From: Chlorokybus atmophyticus | Lineage: Eukaryota; Plantae; Mesostigma and Chlorokybus algae | Assembly (NCBI GenBank): GCA_009103225.1 | Contig: RHPI01002438.1 | Span: forward strand, 570,943 to 628,756 | Reading direction: 5' to 3' | DNA: 57,814 nt | Shown here: piece after piece, positions 35,041-47,835 of the stretch | Layout of the letters: each line of letters opens with the position of its first letter | Numbering within the stretch: position 1 is the first letter of the stretch | Made by a program: the position numbers and the translations under genes | Notes under the pieces: model-generated | Told to the model about the DNA's origin: nothing | Seen by the model: only the letters and a program-made list of their open reading frames with translations | The model's database searches: none

Positions 35041-36668
35041 TAAGGCCATCAACGCCCACCTAGCAGTATAGCAGGCTTGATAGTTCTGCTCCTTGTTCTC
35101 CTCCAATTGTGCCACGCGCGCCATCAGGGCTGCCACTTGGTCAACAGCTGGTGGATTGGCTGGTGCCTTTACAGCAGCAGCTGCGGCGCGAGGACGTCCC
35201 TCAGGTCCTTTGTGCTGTGGAGGGCGGTTTTCCCCTCTGTAGCCAGCCTCTTCCTTGCGTGCCCCGGCGTTGTTGTTGTTGTTGGGGTTGTGGCTACCAG
35301 CATTGTTGCCGTCGTTGCGACCACCAGCGTTAATGCTGTTGTTGTAGCCGCCAGCGTGGTTGCTGTTGTTGTAGCCCCCGTTGTTGTTGTTGTTGTTGTT
35401 GTTGCCGCGGTAGCCCACAGCGTTGTTGCTGTTGTTGTAGCCAATGGAGGGCCGCAGCTCAGGGAACTTGAGCCAGCATACTGTCTCCAAGTGTCCCGTC
35501 TTGTGGCAGTAGTCGCACACAAGGTTGCCGTAATCTTCGGTGCACTCCTTTTGGTAGTGACCATGCCGACCACACCGGTGGCACAGCACTGGAGCCACAA
35601 GGGCAGCATGAGCTGACCGTATGTCCTTGTTGTGGATGCCTTGCGGCTCTCGACTGCGCTCCCGCCGAAGGGGCTCTGCACTTGTGCCTGCCATAGGCCG
35701 CGAGGCACTGTGGTTGGTGTCCAGCACTGCTTTCTCATACACCGCGCGCTTATGAATGGCTTGTGCAGTCTCGAAAGCTTCCTTGAGGGTGTAGCCGAGG
35801 GGCCTGCTGTAGTTCAGCGTCAGGCGCGTCGACTCGCTCAGGGTGGGATCCAACTCGGCCACATACACCATTACTGCCGCCTCCTCACTGACGATCTTGT
35901 AGTCAGTGTCTTTAAGCAACCCTTCCAACCGTGAATACAGTCGGAGAGGGTCCTCGTTGGGCTTCCGTCGAAAACGCCTCAACTCCTCCACCTCGCTGTT
36001 GGTTTGAGGTGGGAAGGTGCGCTGGAGTGCGGCGTAGAGGTCCTTCAACGGGGAGTCCGACATGGCAGCGCCCATCGTAAGCGCGGGTGCACGCAATACC
36101 ACAAAGCCGAGGGTGAAAACACTGCCTCCTGCTGGAGCACGCGAGTTCGGTGTTGGTAGCAGGGGCGTACCCATCTCCAATGCTGCAGCTTGCTGCTCCT
36201 CTTGTTGCTCCTTAATAATGGCAGCGGTGCGGTTGAGTATCTTGATCCAGCGCTCGGCCTTCTTGACCTTGATCTCTGCAGGAGTTTACAAGGCCCCTAC
36301 CACCTCAACTTCTTCATTCTCTGCCTTCTCCATGGCTGCAGCTAGAGTGAGACCCGTGACTGAGGCTGGCGGGGCCGCTGCTACAGAGACAATAGCCGAT
36401 GGGCTATGCAGTGACGTGGAGGCTATGGTGCTAGCCAACTCGCCATAGCCATCAATTTGTGCAACTAAACGACGGACTTTGACACATCATGTGCTTCGTG
36501 ATCAAGGTATCGAGCGGACACATGAAACGATACCTCATCTGTCCAGTCCTTGCTCCTAAGGGCTTGCTGCCGCATCTTTGAGTGGAACTTGGTAATGAAC
36601 TCATCAAGTGAGGTGGTGCCAGGGCGTCCGAAGAAGCGTAGGGAGTTGGTTGAGCTGGAAGGCTCCAT
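35032..36668 (-). pseudogene. gag with two zinc knuckles; N-terminal part interrupted
   Basis: CHRCGRHGHYQKEC and CDYCHKTGHLETVC; capsid-like RFRRKPNEDPLRLYSRL; N-terminal FFGRPGTTSLDEFITKF. Confidence 0.85.
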
Positions 36669-37600
36669 CTCCTCGTCGTTACTGTCCGACGGTGGTGGAG
36701 ATGCTCGTTGTCAAGGAGGGGAGTGAGAGGAGGTGAAGCCGGAGACGGGGCGTGGGCCTCTGCTGCTACGGTAATCGCTCCCTTCACTTGCGCGCTCGTA
36801 GGTAAGGTTGGAGGTTGGGCTCCAGCTATTGAGGTTCCCTTCTTCTATTGGCGAGAAAAGGGTGGGCCTGCTCATACAGCTGATGCGATGGTGAAAGTGG
36901 ATGAAGGGTAGAGTGTTTGTGCTCTACAATGGGATCTCCCATGCTGCTATCACCCAACACACTAGCGCTTGTGCGCGCTATGCGATGACGGTGACAACAA
37001 TGCACTGCGATGTATACAACTACAGATTGCGATGCTGATGTGCAGCCTGCAACTACACTCACTTGCGCAAAGAGGGTGACACTGTGAGTCAACAAGCCAC
37101 TACTATAGGTAGCGCTGTTTACACAGTTCTTTGCATGAGTGGAAGAGAGATTGTACTGTTAAATGAGGTGAATGAGCAAGCAACACGTGGATGCTATGCC
37201 CTAACTGATGCCAACAAGCACACCGCGACCAAGTACACCAAGCTCACAACAAGGACAAGCACAGTGCACAAGAGCATGCACAGGCTCTCACACGGTGAGG
37301 GGATTCTTGGGAACCGGGATGGCGTGTTTCGTAGTTCAAGTTGCTTCACAAGCTCTTAGCTTTCTCACTCACAGTGTCACCAGCTGATCCGGTGAACACT
37401 GTGCCTACTTATATAAGTCAAATCATGATAGCTCAAAATATAAGCTAACGGTCATATCGAGGCTATTTCCAAAGAAATCCCCACTCGATATAGAGCCCAA
37501 CTTATAACTGAACTCACAACTGAACAGCTACGCGCGGTGCCTATGTAGGCTATGGTCATGAGCTACTCTCGAGACATGACCTAGCTACTGGTCAGTGACG

Positions 37601-37616
37601 CGCACGGGTCGCCATG
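37601..37616 (-). promoter_or_regulatory. Candidate primer-binding site directly after an LTR-like CA end
   Basis: Minus strand ...accagCA|TGGCGACCCGTGCG, upstream of gag. Confidence 0.35.
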
Positions 37617-37765
37617 CTGGTAAGCCGGGCGAGGGTCTCGCTGTAGGCATGCCCGATGAAGACTGGCATGCCCGGGCGATAGGCATAACAAAACCCACAA
37701 AGAACCAAAGTACTTACGCTTGTCTTGAGGTCGACAGTGTGCGCTTAGCCCTCAGCACGGTGTCG

Positions 37766-37769
<4 letters not shown>

Positions 37770-37809
<40 letters not shown>
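37770..37809. repeat. (TA)n microsatellite
   Basis: Read directly. Confidence 0.95.
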
Positions 37810-37811
<2 letters not shown>

Positions 37812-38780
37812 TGTTAGCGTTAGCACAGCAACTAACTAACAGTCACATCAATAAACAAAGCAGTACACTAACACAACAAGCGGCTTACTCTTGTGGTGCG
37901 CTTGTTCCCAGCACAGTGTCATATTAGCATAAGTACAACAATAAGAACAGCAGCAGCAGTAATAACAGCTGATGCGCTGGGCCAACAGCAACACACCAGC
38001 ACGCCAGCCCCCACCCAATGCAAAGCAACCAATTGGCACCTCACCTGCAAGCAGACGCCACGATCAGCACCAACGTGTATAGCAGGCGCCACGATCAGCA
38101 CCAAACCATATGTACACATGGTCATACCGTGTATCCCGCTGCCTACCACTCTTACACCATCGCAGTCACATGCACTCCCACATCATGGCAAAACAACACG
38201 CAGTCTCATGCACTCTCATGCACGACGACGTCACCTTCACATCGCTAAGGCCATCAACGACTGCATCTCCTGGCTTTTTCCTTGCGCTTGTCGGCAACAC
38301 AAACAGGGGCAACAGCTGCCATAGCGGCTCCCCCACTTATGCCGCTTTTACGATAGACCTGCTTTACAGCTGAATGTGTAGATCTGAAGAATTGATTAAT
38401 TGATGCAAGGCAAACGCACACAACAACAGCAAGCAAGCGGCGTCACACAAACACATACAAAGAGTGACGTATAAACAAGCACGTTCAACACCTGGGGCTG
38501 GGGGGCCAGGCTAAAGCTAAATGCTAGGCTATGTGCAATGCGTGTTACACGTAGAAGCAGGACAGGCGTACCTGCCACAACCCCAGAACAGCGTTACCAA
38601 CGGCAACCACAGCGTTAGCCTAGCCCCCCGGGTATGTGTAGTCTTCTTAAGTGTGCTGCAATGCTAATCACAACGTTTGGGCTGTGGTGGCAACAGCAGA
38701 GCAAAGGTGAAAGTTGAGGGATTGTGTGAATGAATTGATGTAAATGTTTGCGTAGAAAGAACGCCTGACCTTGTTGCGTG

Positions 38781-40388
38781 GATGGCTACCTGGCCAAGTT
38801 TGCAATGCAGCAGTTCATTTGCATGCACTATCATTCAAGCTTACATTATAGCAAGTGCACATAGAACACCTCCAAGTAAAGTAAACACAAGTTGAGCAAG
38901 TGATGTGTTGCGTTACGGGTGCAGGTGCGCTTGGGGCTGATGGCCGCTGCGGCTTACGACGTCCCACAGTTCAGGCTGCATGTGTTCTTGTGGGCTGCTG
39001 CTTCAGGTACACATGCTGTTGTGCTGGTATAATCCTAGCTAGCTGATGGCAATTACACATGGGTTTATGCTTTGTGCTCATGTTTGACTGCGCAAAACCT
39101 GCTAAGCACATTTGACCACAGGCGAGTTTTTGCCTCGATACCCGTTTCCTACTCATGACAGAAGATGATGAACCTTCCTTGGAAGAAATGGGGAAGGCAA
39201 CACTGTGGCATATGATGAAGAATTGGACATTCAAGTAAGGGGCACACTAGTTGAACCTTTACACGCTTGACTTGTGTACCAAGTGTTTCCTGCTGTGCTC
39301 AGGACTTGATGCTGTATGACACGGTGAAGCTCAAACAGCTGGAGCGACCTGCCGCCAGCTGACAACTTCAAGACCATAGGGCAATGGCATACCTGTCGCC
39401 GCCAACAAACGGCTTCCAGCGCATGGTGCGCCGCCACCCGCCAGGTATGTGCTTACAACGATGGACGCCCTATGGAAGGAGAAGCACGGGATCTGTTGCA
39501 GCACTTATGCTTGGCATGTATAGAGTATGCAAGTAGTGAGAATCACAGCGTTCTTGTTGCCACCATTACCATGTCAAGATAAACCCCGACAACCTGGAGC
39601 GCATCACGCTGGTGACCAAGGTTTAACGGGGGTGTAAACTTGAAGTGCTTTGCAGGGAAGCTGAACGCTAATGGCACATACAACGGCGTGCTCCCAGGAC
39701 GCCCTTTAGTGCCAATGTTAGTGTGTCATGTTAACCTGCATATTTCCATGCGTACATGTGTGCTGATTACCCCTGTGCATTGTGCAATCATTCAAATAAT
39801 GTCCTGTGCACATGCAAGATCAAACATGCGGAACAACATGAGTTTGGCCGAGTGGATGCAGATGACATTTTGGCAATGGTTGTCATTGTTTCAGCTCCAC
39901 ACGGGCAGACGCGCTACCATCTGACTGTATACTCCCCTCTCCAGATTGATGCGCAAGGCTTCCTTGCGTGCGCCATGTTGCTGCTTTACATGTATCTCTG
40001 TGTGTGCAGCGCTATGTGTATATGTCACCCGCAACAGGATGGAGTCTGCCGGTGCGCGAATGCGCACATACACAAGGCTTCTCGGATTACTACAGTTTGC
40101 CAATACAACTGTAGATAAGTACATGCAGGTGAGTCTACCTAAGGATATTGGCTTACTCTTTAAGTGCATGCGGGCCAAGATTGCATTGGACCTCGCACGT
40201 GCTTGGATGCATGCTATTATTACATATGAACGATTCTTATGCAGACAGCATAAGTAATATTGGTTGACGACTTTATTGTAGCGCCTCCAGTTGCCCGTGC
40301 ACTTTGCTTAACATTTGAACTGGTGACTAAAGGAGACACGGATGGTAATTTAATGTGCAAGCTACCGCATGGCATTATCTGGCACTAG
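38781..40388 (+). pseudogene. CMT: Chromomethylase (CMT)-like C5-methyltransferase, C-terminal exons only, decayed
   Basis: Exons give DGYLAKFAMQQFICMHY, VRLGLMAAAAYDVPQFRLHVFLWAA, FLPRYPFPTHD...TVAYDEE, SDLP...Y..PP..FQRMVR, INPDNLERI, RPLVP, FGRVDADDIL..VV....PHGQ, LPVRECAHTQGFSDYY, KYMQ, VAPPVARAL, collinear with the CMT catalytic domain. Stops and frameshifts are present. Confidence 0.85.
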
Positions 40389-41879
40389 CCTCTCACACAA
40401 CTCGAGAACTACTTTCATACCACCCGATTTTACCCTTCTCTTTCCTCATATGCTATGCTTGTACACCAAGCCTCCTTTCTGTGCGTGATCAAGAATACGT
40501 AGTGCTATTGAGCAATATATATAGCCAATGGCATGCATAATGCTTTTAGATCTTCACAGTATCTCGTGTCGGCCGGCTGCTGCAGCCTGAGCTGGAGCGG
40601 CGATGTAACGGGAAGGTACATTGAATTACCACAAATCGACCATAAAAGCACCAAGTCTTTTGTGGTCGAGTGGGCTGTGACAGGCGACGCGTGACGATGG
40701 GTGTGATATCCCGGGGATATTATTCCCATAGATTACCGCTATGCTTCGATGAAGGTTTGAGAGGACATCCTATTCGCTCCGTTAGAGCTTCATTGATAAG
40801 TTTCCGCGGGGACCCGTATCAAGTAGTACGCACGTCATCCTATCAAACACTCAACCATTCAATACAAGGGTAAGGCCGGCGCTACTTTCAAGTTTAATAA
40901 GAGCTTCGCTGTTGGGTCCTAAATGGCCTACATTTGTAGATGAGTATCAAGTGGCGACTTTGGGCGTGAATAAGTTAATAACCTACCCATACCTTTAACT
41001 GAAATACACAATCTTTGAGATTGCTTTGGTGTGAGTATATACATGCTCGTATGTTGGGATTGATTTGCTATCATGCGAGATAGTTGCAAAGTGCATTTTG
41101 CAGTTTATTTACATGCACAAAAGTGAGAATATTCATACGCTGCGTTGTGAGTGCATTTATTACTGGTAGTCTTAAAATATCTGATGTCAAGCCTGCGGTG
41201 AAAGGAACCTTAAGCTTAACTTTAGCCCCAGGCAGTTTCATATCAAGCATAATTACATTTTGTACAAAGTGTTACAGTTTCAGCCTGGTCCTCAACATCG
41301 ATATATTTCTCCTCATTCTCTACTTCTTACCACCCATCCGCCCAGCACCGTCAGTTGCCGGTTTTTTGGCCTTGTCTTTCGCTGAAGCGTCGCGAACGTC
41401 GCAAATTTTACACGGTGACTGACTAAGGACTGAGGGACTGACTGGTGCCTGAGCCTGCTTGTCGCTGCCTGAAATGTTACTTTTGGACTGTTGGGTTTGC
41501 CGTTGGCTTGAGTGGACTAACGCAGACGGCCGCGGGCCGAAAGTGGTTGTCAGTGGCACTAACCGGCCGAGAGTTGTCAACCAGTTAACCTTTGATCGAT
41601 GTGCACAGACGGCCGTTAGCCGGTAGTTGGGGACAGCTAACAGCAATAGCCGGCAGTTTTTTTGCCGTTACACTGCTGTTAATATGTGACCCTTGCCGTT
41701 TGATAAAAGTTGGCAATTCTTGCCGTAAGCCAACACTAACATGCCATGCAGCTTGTACAAACCTTAGACTGATTGTTTGGTCTTGCACCTATAAGCCCAC
41801 AATATATACCATGTATCGGCAGTGGTGAGTATGTCCACTTGCAACTGAGCAGCCGACTTGCGCATGAAACTACCCTATA

Positions 41880-42821
41880 ACATTGAGTCTATCGATCGGA
41901 CTCATGCGCAGCTTGTCAACCCGTGGTGCCTGCCTTAGAACTCCTCCTCAAACCCCCTCCTCCTGTTTCTCCTCCGACAAGTATTCTGCTTCAACGTCGG
42001 AGTCATTTTCATCCGCTGCCTCGCTCGCTGACAGTACAGCGGCTACTTCGTCCTTCAGCTTGAATGTCAGCGCCTCGCCGTGCACGCGCATGCGCTTGAT
42101 GCTCGTTTTGAGAGTGACCACCTGCATTTGGTAATGCTGTAAGAGTGGCGTGCTGCCAGAGGACTAGCCCATCAGCATACACATGCTTACCTCGTCTTCC
42201 GCTTTGTTGCACTCCGGCAGGCAGACAGTCAGCCTGCCGCGCTGCTCTCGGTTCACTCTGACCAACATGGCAATCTGCAAGCATACTGCTTAACTACCGC
42301 TGGAAACATTGAACTAGGTCATGGATTACCCGTTCGTGGTACTCCGCAGCTTCTCTTTTGCAACTTGTGAGCTCCCGCAAGTAGACATAGGCTGTGCATT
42401 TGCGAGATTGGTCATGCTGTTCATGTGCATGACACTGGAGGCTGTGCATGAGGCTGTGCATGTGGTATTGACAGTGTATGTCAAGTGCAAGATACTTGAG
42501 GCTGTGCATGTGCAAGATAAAAGAACCCTAGCATGTGGCATTGACAGTGCATCGTAACCCACCTTGATTATGCCAGTCTTTTTTGGTCCCTTCAATCATG
42601 TCGCCGTGGTCGCAGCTGCTGGTGGGTCGGATATTCTTAAGGGCAGTACTGTGGTGTGCCTTTGCCCACTCAGAGGGGGAGCCCTGCAAGATATCGCCCG
42701 AGTTACTGTTGTCATTGGCTGTGCCCTTGATAGGCATGGTGGGGTTTGACACCGAGGACACCCCTCCGGCACCCTGCCCGCCATGTGCGAACATGGATTT
42801 CATCCCGGACCTCGACCACAA
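41880..42821 (-). pseudogene. Fragmented multi-exon ORF, weakly resembling a KDZ-type transposase C-terminus
   Basis: EWAKAHH..., LRELTSCKREAAEYHERVI..., acidic tail. The resemblance is weak. Confidence 0.2.
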
Positions 42822-43271
42822 TGCCCACTACGCCCGTGGCAGCGCCGCCAACGATCCACCAAACGCCACATACCCTCGGCATCACGCCCCTGTAAGGGCA
42901 CAGCTTGGCGGAGCTATCAATGGTGTTTTCATGCGCAGGCATAGCACTTGTCAATGGTACAAACTGCCATTGCCACGGTACAAAGGTACCATTTCAATGG
43001 TACCTTTTGGCAAAGGCATCTTCGTACCATTAAAACGGTTCAATCAGGATATATATGCAGAGACTCACCCTGGACGTGCAATGGCTCGATCGTACCATAA
43101 TAATGGTACGACAGAGCCAGTGAATGGCGGCCAAGTTTCCCGCCTCTGGCATGCAAGGGTAGCGGTGGCGGTGGCGGTGGCGGCGGCGGCGGCGGCGGCG
43201 GCGGGTGTGCGTGTTGCTGGATACGATGCAGGTTACATTGTCGACACCTGTATCGACGTTCGTAGTGAGAT

Positions 43272-45303
43272 ATGGGAGTCCTTTGTCCGTATTGCCACAT
43301 GCGCTTCGCCACACGCAGCTCGGTCTACATGCACAGTATTAGCAGCAGGGTGTGCAAGCAAATCAAGCTATATGTCGGCCAGCGTCCATTACAGTACGAT
43401 GCAAGTTCCCGCGCTTGCCAACTACATCAGCGATTTGCAGGTAGTGGGCATGCATGGTTGTAACCGGATGCAGCCTGCCAGCAAACAGTGCATGGAGGAT
43501 GTTGTCAGTAGAGCATCTGAGTTTGTCGTGTTGTAGGAGACTGCCACACTCGCACGCACTATGTCGGGCAATCAAAGACGACATCCTTGCAATGTTTGTC
43601 TCGTCACCAGATTAGATCTGTTGGAGATGGATGAGGACCGGGAATTGAAAACCGAGGCCTTCTACACACCAGCAATACGTCAGCTGCGGGCGGACCTGCA
43701 TAGCGATGTTAGGAATGCACGCCAGACAGCGGAGGCTTTCAAAGAGCAACCTCCATGCATGTCGCGGAGGTAATGGTCAAATTATCGGCATTCATGAGGA
43801 TGAATGGCTTTCCGTGAAACCAGGCCATGTGGTTTGGCAACAGAATGCACTGTGGGGTTGGCGACAGTTGCGGGTGCCGAGAGCTGACTGCTACTCTCGT
43901 CTTGCCCCTGACGCAATGCATGTGCTGGGAGGCATCATTGACCACCTGCTTGCTGCTGTGTACGACGCTGCGAAGGAACGAATGCGTCCATCCATGAGAC
44001 AGATTCTGTAGGCCAGGCACGTCTTTGGTGTTGCTTTTGTGTTGAACACAAAAGCCAGCGACACGTGCTCACAAGCAGATGTGCACAGGCTGAATGCATG
44101 CAAGGCGACTCTACGAATTTCGCACTTCAAGGCACCCACAAGCACAGTAGATTTCTTCCTGTCCGACCACTCCTTTCAGGTGGTGGAGAAAGTGGCGGTG
44201 CTGCAGCTGCTGCCGGTCCTTGCAGACGGTTTGTTGCTCGACAGTGAGGGCAACGATTTCTTCACCATTGCTGCCGCATCGCTTGCCCAGTGGAAGAAAA
44301 AGTTGCTCAAGGCGCATGAACACACAAGAGAGACCCTGACCACAGCCGACAACAAGCTGGCTGCCTTCAAAGCTGCAGTGTTGCATCCGCTATGGACATG
44401 TGACGACATATTCTGCACAGAAGTCAACTTGGAAGATCGAAAAGATGCATCAGCTCACTCATTTGGGGCCAGCAATTGTCAGCAGTGAACACCCAGATTG
44501 ATTCAGCGCCAACCGCATGGAGCAGCCGCACGCCCAAAATATGAAACGGTGGGCGCGTGGTGGCAACAACCGGGACTACCAGGCATGTATCCTGAGGGCA
44601 TGGAGCTGTCCGGAATATGTTAGAGAGGATGGCATGGTCGTGGATCCCGAGATGCGCTCGGTCATAACGCAGGCGCGGCAACAGTGCTGTAATGTCATGG
44701 AAAAGACGGACAAGTTGCTACGGATGGATGTGCTGACAAGGAGGGAGTCCAGCTCGTACTGGAGCGGATCTGCGCGTAGCCGCCAAGTCGTTTTGAAGAC
44801 TCCATTCGCCGACAAGCTGCCTGCCACCCTGAACAGCTGGTTGAGGAGGGAACCACTTGAGTTGGCCGACGGTTGGCATGCTGTTCGCGTGGTGAACGGA
44901 GGCGGTGTACATGACATCAGGAGTCAGCATGGCGCGCGCAACTGGGATGTTCCATGGGCGGCCTTGGTTCTCTACACTTGAGTTGGAAGGTGATGAGGAC
45001 GGTGTGAACGTGACGTGGTGGGCTCAGGCACTCCTTTTCCTGCGCGTGGTGGTGTGGGGTGGTAGCGGCAAGCGCGTGTGGAAGGAGGTCGTGTTTGTCC
45101 GCTGGTACACGAAGCTGGATGTGACGAGCGACACAAAGTGCATCGCTCTGGAATGGGAAAAGCGTCGAGGCGGTCCACATCTCGATGTCGTGACTCTGGA
45201 GCAAGTCAAAGGCATTGTTCAGTTGCTCCCCATGTTTGACAAGGACAGCGTCTGTGTACAAAAGGGCAAGTATTGGGTGAGCGTTTACTGCACTTCCACG
45301 TGA
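43272..45303 (+). mobile_element. Plavaka-type (CMC-related) transposase, pseudogenised
   Basis: N-terminal CPYCHMRF...MH zinc finger; HPCNVCL; PDAMHVLGGIIDHL; KMHQLTH...FSA..ME..HA...K...R..NNRDY; C-terminal FHGRPWFS...WWAQALLF...VFVRWY. In-frame stops at 44009 and 44499 plus frameshifts. Confidence 0.7.
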
Positions 45304-45506
45304 CACATGTACTTATCTCACTACTTTAAGTTTGGAGCATATCAGTCAGTTAAGCATTGCTAATCGTATGCTAAGACTTTTGCATGTGGACGTGTACAAT
45401 ACTGGGCAGCTGTCACTGCACAACTGTCACCACAACTGAATGTGCCATGCAACATTCAACAATCAGTCCGCCGCATGGCAGTAAGCATCAATACAGTGCA
45501 CCACAC

Positions 45507-47234
45507 TCAAGCCTCATAGCTCCATGATACATGAGGGTAGTCACAGCGCATATCCATTGTTTCAAGCATGAGACGCCCTATGCACTCCGCCATTGCGGGA
45601 GGAACTGCATTCGCTATGGAAACGGCCGAGGTCATTGATGGCACTCCCAGCGCTGTTTGCCACGCAGCAATGCCGCCCCTGGTGCTTGGAAGGCCATAGA
45701 CCGGGTACATTTGCTGTGGCGCGTTTGATGTCACGATTGTCTTTTTCGCGCCAGCGGACAGGTGCGGCGATAGCAGTCCAACCGCCTTGCCCGCGTGCGA
45801 GCAGCGTGCTGGTGGGGTAGCTACCATAGGCTGTGTCTCAAACAGACGGTGTCGGAAAGTTGATAGGCCAAACATTGTGCCACAAAGGGACAGATTGGGT
45901 TTGAATGAGGAAGCTGCTCCTGGCACATTCTCAATCACAAACTTGACCTTGCTTGCAAGCAGCAGATGTCGGCCGGGCGGTACCATATCTTGGTGTCTCC
46001 AGGATGTGCCATGTGCCGCCCGTTGAGGTGCCGGGATAGCACCTGAGTAGGCCTGGCATGGTGGACTGGCCCAGATGAGCTCGTACTCGCTCAGCTCTCC
46101 TGCACTCAGGGTGCATACATCTCGGTGTATGCAGGGCAGCGGGTACTCAAAGGAGGGACTTATGTCCATCCCAATCATGTCAAAGCCTGCGTGGTATAGA
46201 CCGACACTGGCACCGCCACCGCCGCAGAATAGGTCTAGTGCCCTTGGTCTGCGTGTGTGTCCAAGCTTGTTGTCAAATGGCGTGTATGTGGTCAAGGCTG
46301 GCCGTGGTGCCGGCCAGGAACTAACAATGATGCCGTCCGGGCGTACTTTGCGATTGACGTTCTCCCCTCCGGCGCGCAGATCATGGCGTGCCCCGTCAAC
46401 TGATGTGTACGCGAATACGTTGTGCCCTTTGAAGTTGATGGTTTGTGGTCGATCACCGTCATCGAATACTATACGGTGCTGCCCTGCAAAGACATTTTTC
46501 ATTGCACCATGCATATTTGATGCGTCCTCAATCTCGCACGCCACGAGCGATGCTGACCTGACCCTTGCTTGATTGATTCCACGACGCCCGCACACCATTC
46601 CCCATCAAGCGGCCAATGCACCATGACACTCACACCGATCAGCTGCTCGCATCCCAACTTAATTGCGTTCCGTAGCCGATGCAGTGCGCTGTACGCCGGT
46701 CGATGGTCTGCCTCCTCTACAGCAGCCAGGGGATGGAACTGCCCACGCCCACACCGTGGAAGACTGCTCTGAATGCGACAACAGCTTTAACATGCATGAA
46801 ATAAGCATACGCCCAACATAACATGCAGTGATACGTCGCGGTCCACTCTGCCGAATTACCTCCATAGCATCCACCACGTGTCCACTAACCACATGTCCTG
46901 GTGTTGTCCATGTGAAGAAGCGCATGGGTTCCCCTCGCCACTCTAAGCATGAGCGCGAGCACGATTCGCACACGCACTGCACGCAATGGAAAAACTCAGG
47001 TTCCTTGCACAGCACTTGGCCGAGGTGGCAGCCAAACATGTCGACATTGTGTGTGGTGTGATGCCAGCAAGCAGCACTAAAACCGTGGCACACTGTCTGC
47101 ACTCGCTGGCATTCGGTCAAGTGTGCTCGCATTTGCTGCCTACGGCCATTGGCACATACGTATGCATTGCATTGTGGGCACACCAAGCATGGTCTCCTAG
47201 GTGAGGGGGATTCAACTGCTGCCGCCGACATCAT
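45507..47234 (-). CDS. Cys/His-rich - Tudor - phage/bacterial-type C5 DNA methyltransferase fusion (3 exons: 47234-46860, 46768-46558, 46483-45507; 520 aa)
   Basis: Introns GAG|GTAATT...TTCAG (91 nt) and CAG|GTCAGC...TTGCAG (74 nt) give one open frame of 1563 nt. Tudor: LIGVSVMVHWPLDGEWCAGVVESIKQGSGQHRIVFDDGD. MTase: ALDLFCGGGG, IWASPPCQAYS, FVIENV, LCGTMFGL..RHRLFE, IANAVPP. Confidence 0.8.
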
Positions 47235-47835
47235 GCAAAATAGGAATCGGCACGGCTGCCCACAAACTGAGCGAGACTTAAGGGTATGGGCATCTTATTA
47301 GGGTTGCCAGCTTACGAACCCTAAATGGGTCAAACTTCAAGTGAAGCACGACTGTACCATGGACGCTATTGCAGTACCATGCATGGTACTACATCAACAT
47401 GAATGGTACTACAGTACAAGGATACTCGCATACTACCACAATCGTAGAGTAATACTGTGCTGTCATCCATGGAACCCAGAGCGCTGTCCGAGTTTGTTGC
47501 TGTCAACCACGCTCTGAACCAGCGAGGTATGCAAGCCATGCACTGACTCATGCGCCGGGCAGTCATCATACACATGTACAGCCAATGCATCTGATAACAG
47601 CAAATCTTGGGTGCACCATGCACCATGCTGCAACTATACATGTACCTACATGGTTCACACAAAGCCAACACAAAACTACAATACATGCACAATTGGCATC
47701 AAGGCGGGGGCCAAATCACCGCCGACACGTTGGCGTCTTGCATCAGGCGTGGCGACCAAAACGGGTGAGGTTGCTTGCAGAAGGGACACGCTTGTAGATT
47801 CTTTGATTTATTTGCCACGGTCTTTTTATGTGCTA

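Larger units (their letters stand above)
30588..37770 (-). mobile_element. Decayed Ty3/Gypsy-type LTR retrotransposon carrying a C5 DNA methyltransferase (ends approximate)
   Basis: gag with two CCHC knuckles, protease motif, DNMT motifs, integrase core fragment and a candidate PBS. RT/RNase H are absent and no matching LTR pair was found. Confidence 0.8.

Noticed and set aside
34339-35616. Val/Ala-rich plus-strand ORFs
   Set aside because: Antisense shadows of low-complexity Thr- and Asn-rich retroelement sequence.
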